Below are positions 38,225 through 50,384 of a DNA stretch of 64,000 nt, in pieces (positions within the stretch are counted from its first letter, which is position 1; each line of letters starts with the position of its first letter). Source of the DNA: Octopus sinensis (lineage: Eukaryota). Both the position numbers and the translations under genes were made by a program. The stretch spans positions 128,836,001 to 128,900,000 of the forward strand of contig NC_043001.1 of the NCBI RefSeq assembly GCF_006345805.1, written 5' to 3'. Under the pieces are notes generated by a model. It saw nothing but the letters and a program-made list of their open reading frames with translations, searched no databases and was not told the DNA's origin.

Positions 38225-38265
<41 letters not shown>

Positions 38266-38271
38266 GTGTAA

Positions 38272-38316
<45 letters not shown>

Positions 38317-38460
38317 ACACACATATATATGTACATGCATATATATCTACATATATATACACACACATACATATATATGCATATAAATATACACACACAC
38401 ACACATATATATATATACATACATATATATTGTATATATGTATATATATATATATATATA

Positions 38461-38713
38461 TATTATATTAAATTAGAGATAAAACCACTATTAGGCAAAT
38501 CAAACAATGAAAAACTTAAGCCAATGCATAAAATTAATTAATTTATATTATTTTAAATATATATCAAAAGTATTAAAAGTTTAATAAAAAAGATACTTTT
38601 AATACTTTTGATATATATTTAAAATAATATAAATTAATTATTTTATGTATTGGCTTAAGTTTTTCATTGTTTGATTTGCCTAATAGTGGTTTTATCTCTA
38701 ATTTAATATAATA
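38461..38713. repeat. Near-perfect AT-rich inverted repeat (about 120-bp arms, 14-nt loop)
   Basis: 38461-38580 versus 38595-38713 differ by one substitution and two 1-nt indels. Confidence 0.95.
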
Positions 38714-38790
38714 TAATATTTTACTATAAAATTGGATTCAATCCTAAATCTGATTTTTCCCTGTAAGTTTGGATTTATTGCCTAATATTT

Positions 38791-38820
<30 letters not shown>

Positions 38821-38821
<1 letters not shown>

Positions 38822-39470
38822 ACGGGAAGCTTTATGAAAATAAACAAAAGACAAAGGCAGGTGGAGTACAAACAAACAATTGTATTAGTATGGCGCTCAG
38901 GAATATAAATAAAACAAGTCTTTTACGTTTTGAGCCTACGCTCTTCAACAGAAAGATACACAGAAAAGAAACACGGAGAGAAACAAGGAGAGAAAAGAAA
39001 ATGCATGCAGAAGCTAGCGAATCAACATGGCGAACTATATATAAGAGGTAATGGTGACATTGAGACCCAAAGGTGTCAGGTAATGCAGAATAAGTGCTAT
39101 AGACAGACCATAGTTAAGTTCCAGGTTCAGTAATTTTGCAAATAAGGGGTTCAACTTTGGTTCTATGTCAGTGTGTATATATAAGAAGTTTTTGCGTAAT
39201 GAGATAAAAAAAATTATATCCATTCATCAGAGATGGTGTGAGAGGATGGTTAAGTCATAGTTAGTTTAGATGTCATACAAAATAGAGAGTGAGGTGGAGG
39301 AAAGAAAATAGATGCAAGACATGTATGGGTATTGAAGTTGTAGATCCCTTTTTTAGGCATAATGGTATATATGTAAGATTACAATATCTTATGAGTGAAG
39401 TTCAACAGAGTTTAAAATGGGTCCTTCCAAATATAGAGTTTATACACAATGTAAGAGTAAACACCATTAT
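38821..39470 (-). mobile_element. Penelope-like element 3' fragment (degenerate GIY-YIG end plus pLTR)
   Basis: Minus-strand remnants ..SIFGRT.. and LYIHTDIEPKLN resemble the end of a GIY-YIG domain. A hammerhead-like motif lies at 38920-38955 and the element ends at (TA)n. Confidence 0.5.
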
Positions 39471-39729
39471 TAAATACACACACACATACACATGCACACA
39501 TATACACATACATACATACATACATACATACATACATACAACATCAGCCAGATAGATTCGTTATTTTTTTCTCTTTACCTGTGTGAGTTGTTGAGTATTG
39601 CTGTCTGGGAGATACCCTAGAGTAATAGAGTAGTAGTTTAACTGCTATTTCTAAATTTCGGTATGTGGTGAAGCTAATTTTGCTGAACCCTAATTATAAT
39701 TATACTCATAATTATAGAATTTTTGTGCG

Positions 39730-39761
<32 letters not shown>

Positions 39762-39923
39762 TACACTGTATATATATATATATATATATATATAAGTTCA
39801 GCAAAATTTAGATTCAAATGAATATGCTACTTAAGTTAGATGCACCAGAATTTTGTATGGTGTTATCCATATAAATCCATGGGGTGATTATAATAAAAAA
39901 TAAGCAACAAGAATAACTTCGGT

Positions 39924-40014
39924 AATTTGGTATGATCGTTTCACACTACATCATTTTATTAAATATTGTAAGTATTACAACAGTTTTAAAATGTTGAGCA
40001 CTCATCAGCCATTA
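39924..40014 (-). ncRNA. Degenerate type I hammerhead motif in a pLTR-like fragment
   Basis: TAATGG CTGATGA G..long stem II (CATTTTA/TAAAATG).. GAAAC GATC ATA CCAAATT. Core boxes are intact but stems I and III are mismatched. Confidence 0.55.
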
Positions 40015-40136
40015 ATAGAGAATTTCCATTAATATATAATTTGCATATCAATTGAAAACATTATAGAGAAGGTAGATATATAGACAAAGATGTCAATTCA
40101 AATTTTAAGAACATTAAGGTAGTAGAGTTATATATA

Positions 40137-40180
<44 letters not shown>

Positions 40181-40766
40181 CACACATATATATATATATA
40201 TATACACATATATATATATATATATACACAAGAAGACAAGAAAATGGAGATAAGGAAGTTAATAATTTGTTAATAATAAACAATTACTAAGTTCCTTATC
40301 TCCATTTTCCTTTCTTTTAAATGGATATATACTATAGGCTTTATATACACCTATGGTTTTAAGGGTATTTCATTCTCCCCAAATCACTAGGTATTGAACC
40401 AGTATTTCTTTGGATGCAACCATCCCTTCATAAGATTAACATATCCTCTAATTAAATTCATATATATGTATATATATATATACATATAAGTGAGGAAAAA
40501 ATGCACTTGTATATCTGTTAATAGAGTGGGTATATTATCCAAAGTGTACAGTATCATGTATTCATTATGGCTGATCTTACGACTTGGTTTCGAACTGTTA
40601 TGGAATGAAATATGGTGAGAGCAGTCACCATATTTCATAACAGTTACCTCTGTTGAGCACAGGGTTACATAATCAGATGGTTACCTAACACTCCATTGAA
40701 TCCCTAGCATGAAACAGATTGGTAAGACTGGCTGCAATGGATAAATAATACTGTACACTTTGAATG

Positions 40767-40815
<49 letters not shown>

Positions 40816-41574
40816 TATATATATACTTAATCATATCAAAGGGAAAAGGTGTTCCTGCTGAGGATGATTTCACCTAGCGAGTATGTTATTTTACTTGCTA
40901 AACTAAAATCAGAAACCAATTGGTTCAGGAAACTAGATGGTAAAATGCTTTTATTTTTTCATTTCGTTCCTGTTGAATTTTATCCCTAATTTTGTGGTTA
41001 TGGAACCTAGCTGTTCTTTCTAGCATGTTGAATCCCACAAGTGGATTCCTTATGTGTTTAAATGTACACTGTATTTTATATATATGTGTGTGTGTGTGTG
41101 TATGTATATATGTATGTATGTATCTATATCTATCTATCTATCTATCTATATATATATATGTATATCTTTAAAGAATTTACTTTACAATTAATATAACTCC
41201 ATGTTGAGCCTCGCTGTGTGGAATCTTGAGCAAACATCTTTGATAACAGCTTTAGGTTGATCTATATGCATATTTAGGAATTTGAAACAAACATTTCTTA
41301 GTCACTTGTGAAATCTAAAGCCCCAGAGTAAACAATATTCTTGATTTTTGCCCTGTTGTGCTGTGATAAAGGGGAAAACTAGGTCTCAAATATTTGAAGT
41401 ATTGAGATGAAGCTAATCCTGAAAAAAAGAGATGGTGGTGGTGGTGGTAGTGAAGAAGATGATAATGGTAGTGGTACAGATGGATGATGATGATGGTAGT
41501 GGATGATAATGGATGATGGTGGCAGTAGTACATTATGATGATGATGATGATGATGATGGTAATGAGAGTGATGA

Positions 41575-41895
41575 CACTGTTGCTTAGTGGTTATGGTATT
41601 CAGCTCATGATCATAAAGTTGTGAGTTCGAAAATCTGCAGTGCACTGTGTCCTTGAGCAAGACACATCATTTCATGTTGCTCCAGTCTACTCAGCTGGAA
41701 AAAATGAGTAGTACTTGTAATGAAAAGGGCCAGCCTTCATACATTCTATGTCACTCTGAATCCCCATGGGAATTATGTTAAGGGTACATGTGTCTGTGGA
41801 GTGCTCAGCCACTTTCATGCTAATTTCACAAGCAGGCTGTTCTGTTGATCAGATCAACGGGAACCCTTGTCATCATAACCAACGAAATACCAGTT
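41575..41895 (+). mobile_element. SINE family F (shares its 3' domain with family D)
   Basis: Degenerate tRNA head, GTGTCCTTGAGCAAGACAC block, GTGGAGTGCTCAGCCACTT 3' domain. A well-preserved copy lies at 49993-50325 (-) and 3' pieces at about 9285-9395 and 5620-5720. Confidence 0.8.
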
Positions 41896-41977
41896 ACACT
41901 GTTGCTTCAATATTGGGTCCTATTTTCGGCTTGGTGGTCTATGCAGTCAGAAACTTAAATATTTTGGTTGCACATAC

Positions 41978-42016
41978 AAAGCTGTTTCATTGTCGAGATG
42001 TGAACCATTGATGCCT
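41978..42016 (-). CDS. Candidate internal exon (Q-GINGSHLDNETA-L), 39 nt, phase 2 to 2
   Basis: Acceptor tttttatttttctctaatatatttatag|, donor TTT|gtatgt. The phase matches the neighbours, though a second frame is also open. Confidence 0.42.
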
Positions 42017-42536
42017 CTATAAATATATTAGAGAAAAATAAAAATAATACTGTTGAGCTGTCGTTTAACAGGAATCCAGAATGAGTCAGATGACTATTAT
42101 ATAAATGTGTGTGCATGTCAGTTAGTGCATGCGTGTGCATTTGCATGTATGTGCATGCATCTGTGCACATTGTTCTTGGTGTGATACACCCATACATATG
42201 TATGTAATAACTTGCACCAAGACCCGTCCAATACAAACATACACATTCCAGAAGAACCAGAAGTACGTATATGTATGAGCTTGTAAGTAATGGTTTATCA
42301 TTATCTGTGTGACTGCATGTATGTGTTCATGTAAATGCATGTATTCAGGTGTGTGAGTCCATGCACATGGCTCTTGAAATAATGCATCCATATGCATTCT
42401 CATTATAGTCATATTCTCACATATACAGATCTGTCATACATACATACATACATACATACAAATATATATATATGTATAAAGATATATATATACAGATAAT
42501 ATATGTATGTATATATATATATATAAAGCTTCCCGT

Positions 42537-42576
<40 letters not shown>

Positions 42577-42604
42577 ATGTATGTATATATATATATAATA
42601 TATA

Positions 42605-42650
<46 letters not shown>

Positions 42651-42726
42651 TACACATATACAGATATATATATATATACACACACAGATATATATGTATA
42701 TGTATATATATTTATACACATATATA

Positions 42727-42801
<75 letters not shown>

Positions 42802-43009
42802 TACACATAAACATATGAATGCTAGCACAAATATGCTGGCTGCATATGCATATGCACACAATTCTTGTATTGTCACATGCACAAATGAGTGTACATGTGC
42901 CTGCACACTGTTGATATATATATATAGAAACACAAGTATATATATTCATAAATATACAGGAATATAGACATGATTACATATACACTTAGTTGCCCACATC
43001 AGTATACAT

Positions 43010-43011
43010 TC

Positions 43012-43042
<31 letters not shown>

Positions 43043-43420
43043 TGTATGTATGTATGTATGCATGTATGTATGTATGTATGTATGTATGTATGTATGTATG
43101 TATGTATGTATGCATGCATGTATGTATGTATGTATGCATGCATGTATGCATGCATGCATGCATGTATGTATGTATGTATGTATGTATGTATTTGTATGTA
43201 TGTATTTATGTATGCATGCATGCATGTATGTATGTATGTATGTATGTATGTATGTATGTATGTATGTATGCATGCATGCATGTATGTATGTATGTATGTA
43301 CGTACGTACGTACGTACATATGTATGCATGCATGTATGTATGCATGTATGCATGCATGTATGTATGTATGTATGTATGTATGTATGTATGTATGCATGCA
43401 TGTACACACATACATACACA
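43010..43420. repeat. Long (TATG)n/(CATG)/(TACG) compound microsatellite
   Basis: Direct reading. Confidence 0.97.
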
Positions 43421-44572
43421 CAGAGAAAGAGAGTTGGTAGATTCACTCATAAGAGAAACTTGCATCAGTGTTGAAACAAATGCATGCACACATGCACATC
43501 ACACACATGCATTTGTATGCACATATATACATGCATAAACAATGAACAGCATATTGTTAAATTCTAGCACAATAATAATTTCATTGTACTGCACTCTGCA
43601 CTTGAATGCACACATGCATGCATGTGTGCACACATGTGATCTACTGTCCATGTGCATGCATGCACCATTGCATATTGGTCCATGCAATCTAAAATGAAGT
43701 GCAGTGACAAAAATGCACAGCCTGCCATATGTGCACATATATAGAATCGGATATAGTCATTCCCGTATATGAAGAAATCTACATTCACATTTGCACTTTA
43801 CATGCATATCCACATACATGCCAATTTTAAGCATATGCACATGCACTATTAGTCATCATATATACACAGAGATAGAAACACTTAAACACAGAAATTCTTG
43901 AATGCACATAAATGTATGTTGATGTACATATATAAGTATATATTTATCAAAATGTTAGTTTGTTTTAATATATACTAGCAGTAACATGCTATCTTAAAGA
44001 TGGCATTTAGCAGTGATACGTGCTTTATATATAGCAAATATATATATTATCAACTACGAGGTTCTAGTTTGAGTTCCACTGCTTGGCACCTTGGACAAGT
44101 GTCTTTTACTATAGCCTTGAGCTGACCAAAGCCTTGTGAGTGGATTTCATAGATGGAAACTGAAAGAAGCCCATCATATATATATATATACACACACCCA
44201 TCTACATGGGTGTGTGTTAAGAAGCTTGCTTCCCAACCACATGGTTCCAGATTCAATTCTACTGTATGGCACCTTAGGCAAGTGTCTTTTACAATAACCT
44301 TGGGCTGACCAAAGCCTTGTAAGTGGATTTGGTAGATGGAAACTGAAAGAAGCCCATTGTGTATTTGTGTATATGTGTGTGCGTTTTTGTGTTTGTTCTC
44401 CCATCACCAGTTGTCAACCAGTGTTGGTGTGTTTACATCACCATAACTTAGCGGTTTGGCGAAAGAGACCAATAGATTAAGTACTAGGCTTTAAAAAAAA
44501 GTCCTGCTGTCGATTTGTTCAACTAAAACCCATTAAGATGGTGCTCAAGCATGGCTGCAGTCAAATGACTGA

Positions 44573-44662
<90 letters not shown>

Positions 44663-44665
44663 ATG

Positions 44666-44699
<34 letters not shown>

Positions 44700-44711
44700 T
44701 GTATGTATATA

Positions 44712-44927
44712 CAAAGGGGTGCTGAAAAGTTCCTAACTTTATGAGTATTGGGAAGGCCTGGTTGGAGGTCCAACCTTCTGAGTTCTTTTGCAGGGTTTAG
44801 AAAAATGGAAGGACAGCTGCAGCAAGTGAGTGGATCCGAGAGAGGAATATATTGAATATAATCATAACCAACTGATCCTCCTGCATTTTCTTTTACCCAA
44901 AACCAGGAACTTTTCAGTAGCTCCTTG
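44712..44927 (+). mobile_element. Mariner-derived 216-bp deletion derivative (MITE)
   Basis: TA|CAAAGGGGTGCTGAAAAGTTCCT ... AGGAACTTTTCAGTAGCTCCTTG|TA. The interior retains the mariner C-terminus [22 protein letters not shown]. Confidence 0.85.
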
Positions 44928-45862
44928 TATATATATATATATATATATTTTACACACTTCAATCTTTAGACTATGGTCTTGTGCTAGGGGCGCCATCTTG
45001 AATGCTTTAGTTGAATGAATTGACTCCTATACTTATGTTTTTCTAAGATTGGTACTTATTTTTTTCAGTCACTTGTTGTTGAACCACTAAATTATGGGGA
45101 TGTAAACAAACTAACACTGGTTGTTAAATAGTGGGTGGGGGACAACAAACACACAAAACACGCACACACACATATGTACATACACATACACACAATGGCT
45201 TCTTTCAGTTGCCATCTATCAAATTCACTCACAAGGCTATGGTTGATTTCATAGATGGAAACTGAAAGAAGCCCATCATATATATATATATATACACACA
45301 CCCATCTACATGGGTGTGTGTTAAGAAGCTTGCTTCCCAACCACATGGTTCCGGATTCAATTCTACTGTATGGCACCTTAGGCAAGTGTCTTTTACTATA
45401 ACCTTTACTATATGTTTTATATTAAATATAGATTTATTGTTGATATTGTAAGAGTTTATAAACTTTCAAAGAAAACATGAAATAATTCATGTTTGGAAGA
45501 GTGAATCTGGAAGCACATGAAGCTATAAATAACAGCATGTAAATATTGGGTTGAAAAACACCTTTGGATAGAAAATGTCAGAGAGGCTACCTGAAGGACT
45601 TGAACCCACATCCTCTGTAGACATAACAGATGTTCTACCACTGGACCAAAACAATTCCTTTGAATTTTTCTATCCATTTCAGAAACTTTATTCCTATTTG
45701 TGAGAATTGTAAGTTGTTGATGTCATAAGAATTTATAATCTTTTGAAGGAAGAGAAAATAATTCTTTCTGGGAACTGTGGATCTGAAAACACATAAAGCT
45801 ACATATATATATATGTATGTGGGTGTGAATGTGTGTGTGTGGTGTGTGTGTGTGTGTGTGTG

Positions 45863-45899
<37 letters not shown>

Positions 45900-46739
45900 C
45901 ATATATACCGAGGTGCAATGGCCCAGTGGTTAGGGCAGCGGACTTGTGGTCATAGGATCGCGGTTTCGATTCCCAGACCACGTGTTGTGAGTGTTTATTG
46001 AGTGAAAACACTTAAAGCTCCATGAGGCTCCAGCAGGGGGTGGGGGTGCAATCCCTGCTGTACTCTTTCACCACAACTTTCACTCTTTCTACTGTTGGCC
46101 TGCTCGCTTAGCCAGCGGGGTGGCATCATTTGAAGGCTAAAACAATGCGAAGCACATTGTGACCAGCGATGTGTAGCAGCATCAGATAGCCTGGTCGGTC
46201 ATGGTGATAATATCACAGTGATATATATATATATATACCATCACCAGTTAATGTCCATTTTCCATGTTGGCATGGGTTGGATGGCTTGACAGGAGCTGGC
46301 AAGACCAGGGGCCTCACCAGGTTCCATACTCTGTTTTGTCTTGGTTTCTACTGCTAGGTACCCTTCCTAATACCAACCCCTTTACACAGTGTACTGAGTT
46401 CCTTTTAACATGGCCCTGGCACCCGTGTTATATATATATATATATAGGCACAGGCATTTCTGTGTGGTAAGAAGCTTGATTTCTAACCACATGGTTCTGT
46501 GTTCAGTCCCACTGCACGGCGCCTTGGGCAAGTGTCTTTTATTATAGCCTCAGGCTGACCAACACCTGGTGCGTGGATTTGGTAGACAGAAACTGGAAGA
46601 AGCCCATCATATATATGTATATATTTGTGTGTGTGTGTCTTTGTTTGTCCCTCGCCATCACTTGACAAGTGATGCTGGTGTGTTTATATCTCCATAACTT
46701 AGTGGTTTGGCAAAAGAGTGTAGAATAAGTACTAGGTGG

Positions 46740-47749
46740 GGGATATAAGTAGAATTAGTACATTACTAGTGATCATTCCAAACACCATGATGTTGACATT
46801 ATGCCTACAGTCATTTTCCCACGCAGCCTCAGACTCAACACGGAGACCTACATCAAGTGCCTGGAGGAGGTAGTGCTGCTCTGGATCAAGAGAGTAGCTG
46901 CTGGAAGACCCTATGTCTTGCAACAGGATCCTGCATCATGCCACACAAGCCGGAGAACCCAGTCATGGTCATCTGGCAATTTCTGTGACCATATCATCCT
47001 TAACATCTGGTCACCTAACTCCCCAGACTGCAACCACCATTGATTATTATGTGTGGGGTGCAGTCGAGCAAGCGACCAACAAAACTTTTTGTAATACCAA
47101 AGATGAACTGAAGGCAAGGATTATGGCAGCATTCACCAACTTAAACAAGGAGACTGATCAGAAGAGTTGCAGGAGATTCCAAAGTCATCTGGAGGCTGCG
47201 GTTGAAGTCAATGGCGATTTTATTGAATAAATTTACTCTTTAGTATTTCAAGATATTGTTATGTAAATTTGGTAAATCTCTATATATATAAAGCTGAAGT
47301 TGTCTATGTATAGCAGGTTTGGTAGCCTTCAACTAACACTATGTCCCCCGAGACCCTGCAGCGCAAGTTGACCAAAATTGAAAATATGATAGAAGAAGGC
47401 TTGCTCTTCCTTCCATAGAAGAAAAAATTCAAATCGGACCATGTTAACACCAAAAATTATTCACATCAAAAAGGTGCTTTTTTTCTATGAAAATCCCTAT
47501 TTTTTACGATTTTTTGACTGCTGTGTCGTCATTTTTCGGTGTATTTCAACCAGAAAAATGTTCACTTAAAGAGAATAACAAGCTACATAATGCAAAATTT
47601 TTACTTTTCAAAAATTCCAATTCTAAAGGGTCGAAAAGAAAACAAGCCCGAGCAACACCGGGCTATACTGCTAGTATATGTTAAAATGAGATGTCAGTGT
47701 CATTTTCATTTTTGCATAATTTAGATGACAATACATTCCCCACATCCTG
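46740..47749 (+). mobile_element. maT/Bmmar1-type (DD37D) Tc1/mariner, 5'-deleted, with nested Helitron-like insert
   Basis: 46801-47230: RLNTETYIKCLEEVV..YVLQQDPASCHTS..IWSPNSPDCN/DYYVWG..NGDFIE* with one frameshift. The right end ..CCCCACATCCTG|TA resumes after the insert. Confidence 0.85.
47277..47674 (+). mobile_element. Non-autonomous Helitron-like element H1, copy b
   Basis: A|TC start, hairpin GCCCG-AGCAACAC-CGGGC (47646-47663), CTAG|T end, no TSD. Confidence 0.88.
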
Positions 47750-47923
47750 TATATATGTATGTATATTAGATCTACTGTTTCATTATTGATGTAATTAACC
47801 AAAAAAAAAAAAAAAGCACTCTACCCAGTAAGAGATAAATACTATTTAAGATCTTTAAATTTGAGCTACTATAAGTCTCATGCTTTTGATAGTACAATAG
47901 CTGGACTATTGTATTCTTAGATC

Positions 47924-48350
47924 TGACTACAGATAGATTGACTAATACTGACCACAGGTGGATTGACTAACACTGACTATGGATACGTTGATTAAGAATA
48001 ATCACAAATGGATTGATTAATAGTGACTGAAGATGGACTGGTTAACATTGACCACATGAATTGACTGTGACTACAGATAGATAGATAGACTAACATAACA
48101 CTGACCACAGAAAGATAGACTAACACTGACCGTAGACAGATAGACTAACACTGTCCGCAGATGAATTGACTGTGACTACAGATAGATAGATAGACTAACA
48201 CTGACCGTAGACAGATAGACTAACACTGACTGTAGACAGATAGACTAACACTGACCATAGAAAGACAGACTAACACTGACCACAGACAGATAGACAGAAA
48301 GACTAACACTGATCACATATAGATAGACTAACACTGACCACAGATAGATG
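47924..48350. repeat. 25-bp minisatellite (AGACAGATAGACTAACACTGACCRY)
   Basis: TAGACTAACA recurs at 48191, 48216 and 48241. Units degenerate toward the left. Confidence 0.88.
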
Positions 48351-48696
48351 GGCAAGCAATAGCCACAGATTGGCTGACGAATACAGACTAGAGGTGGATT
48401 CAACATGACTAGTGATATTCTAAGTTCAAATCCTGTTGTGGCTGACTTTGCATTTCCTCTTTGCAGATGCAATAAAATATGTCCCCATTGAATCAATATA
48501 ATTGAACGTTCTTTCTTCACAATAGAAATCAATGGAGTTTGGTCATGCATTGATAATTATCTTTGATCATCAAATCATCAAGTAGCTGATTCCATTAGTC
48601 TGTACTAGTGTGTGGATAAAGTAAGAGTAGTAATAGTAGTAGTGGTGGTGGTGGTTGGTGGTGGTGGTGGTGGTGGCAGTGGTAGTGTTATATATA

Positions 48697-49953
48697 CAGG
48701 ATGCGGATGGTATTTGAGGACATATGCATTTTTAGTCATTACTTTATTTGACTAATTTTTATTGAACTTCTTTTTCAGAAAATAACAACGACAGGCTCTA
48801 TGCTTACTAATGAAATGAAAAGGCATGCTGTGATTGTGGCTTTGAAGGCTAGGCATGGTGATTTAGAAATTTCTCATTTTCTAAAAATTGCAAGATCTTT
48901 TGTCCACAAGATTTGGTGTGAGTTAGAGAAAGAAGATGGAAGTGTGTTATTTGTATCAAAATGTCAGAAACATTCCAAATGCTCTGATTCTATCAGGACA
49001 CCTGAATATATCCAGGAAGTTAAGCAAAACATTGAAAACAATCCAGGAAAATCAATGAGGTCAATTACAAAAATTTCGTGTGTCAGAAAAAACAATCAGA
49101 AATGTTGAGCATGAAGACATCATATACAAATCTTACATGATGAGGAGAGGTCAATTCATGTCAAAAAAACAAAACAAAAGGAAACAGTTTAATCAGATCC
49201 AAAAGTCTTTTGAACAAACTTGAAAATCCATCAGAAGATGGGGTGATTTGGTTTTTCTCAGATGACAAAATCTTTGCCCAGGACGTGAAAACTAACAGAA
49301 GAAATCACAGACGGCTATGCACAGACCCTTCTGAGATTCCAAGAGTAATGCACACAAAATTTCCCACAAGTGTCATGGTTTCGGGTGTTGTTAGCAATGA
49401 TGGTCATGTAATGCTTCCTCACTTTTTTCCACAAGGCCTTAGGGTGAATGCTTCTGTGTATATTTGGACTCTGGATAAAGTTGTTAAGCCTTGCATCAAC
49501 AGTGTATGCAATGGAAAGGCCTTATGTCTTCCAACAAGATTCTGCACCATCACACAAGATGCAAATGATACAAGAATGGATGGCTGATAATTTACATGAT
49601 CACATCACCCCCAACATTTGGCCTCCTAATTCTCCAGATCTCAATCCACTGGACTACTATGTATGGATAATTGTTGAGAAAAATATCAATGAGCACCCCC
49701 ATAGCACCAAAGATTCTTTGAAAGCTGCCATAGTTCGAGTCATATCCAATATGAACAAGGTCTACTTAATCAGAGCTTGTAAATGATTTCAACACCACGT
49801 AGAGACAGTTATTGATACTTATAGTGGTTTTATTGAATGAAATTATTAAATTGATAATTTAGCTTCATGTTTATAAAAATACAGTTTTTTTTCTATTATT
49901 ATATAAGTATTTTTTTAAAACCAAAAATCTGTCCTCAAACACTATTTGCACCC

Positions 49954-49955
<2 letters not shown>
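48697..49955 (+). mobile_element. maT/Bmmar1-type (DD37D) transposon, full length (1259 bp), pseudogenised
   Basis: 26-bp TIRs 21/26 identical (CAGGATGCGGATGGTATTTGAGGACA) and left TA. Transposase 48800-49840 in three frames: WFFSDDK, QQDSAPSH-(37 residues D to D)-WPPNSPDLNPLDY. Confidence 0.93.
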
Positions 49956-50005
<50 letters not shown>

Positions 50006-50337
50006 AGCACTCCATCGGTTACAACGACGAGGGTCCCAGCTGATACAATCAACGGAACAGCTTGCTCGTGGAATTAACGTGCAAGTGACTGAGCAATCCA
50101 CAGATACGAGTACCCTTAACTTAGTTCTCAGGGAGATTCAGCGTGACACAAAGTGTGACAAGGTTGGCCCTTTGAAATACAGGTACAACTCATTTTTGCC
50201 AGCTGAGTGGACTGGAGCAATGTGAAATAAAGTGTCTTGCTCAAGGACACAACGCATCACCGGGAATCGAACTCAGGACCTTACAATCGTCAGTTGAATG
50301 CCCTAACCACTAAGCCACGTGCCTTCACACACACACA

Positions 50338-50384
<47 letters not shown>

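Noticed and set aside
39205-39240. Minus-strand CTGATGAA
   Set aside because: There is no correctly placed GAAA box or stem I partner.
41285-41428. Strong minus-strand acceptor followed by GLASSQYFKYLRPSF..TLGL*
   Set aside because: The polypyrimidine tract is the edge of a simple repeat, the frame ends in a stop and there is no good donor.
47924-48350. CRISPR-like array
   Set aside because: There are no unique spacers, units are contiguous, and the context is eukaryotic. It is a minisatellite.
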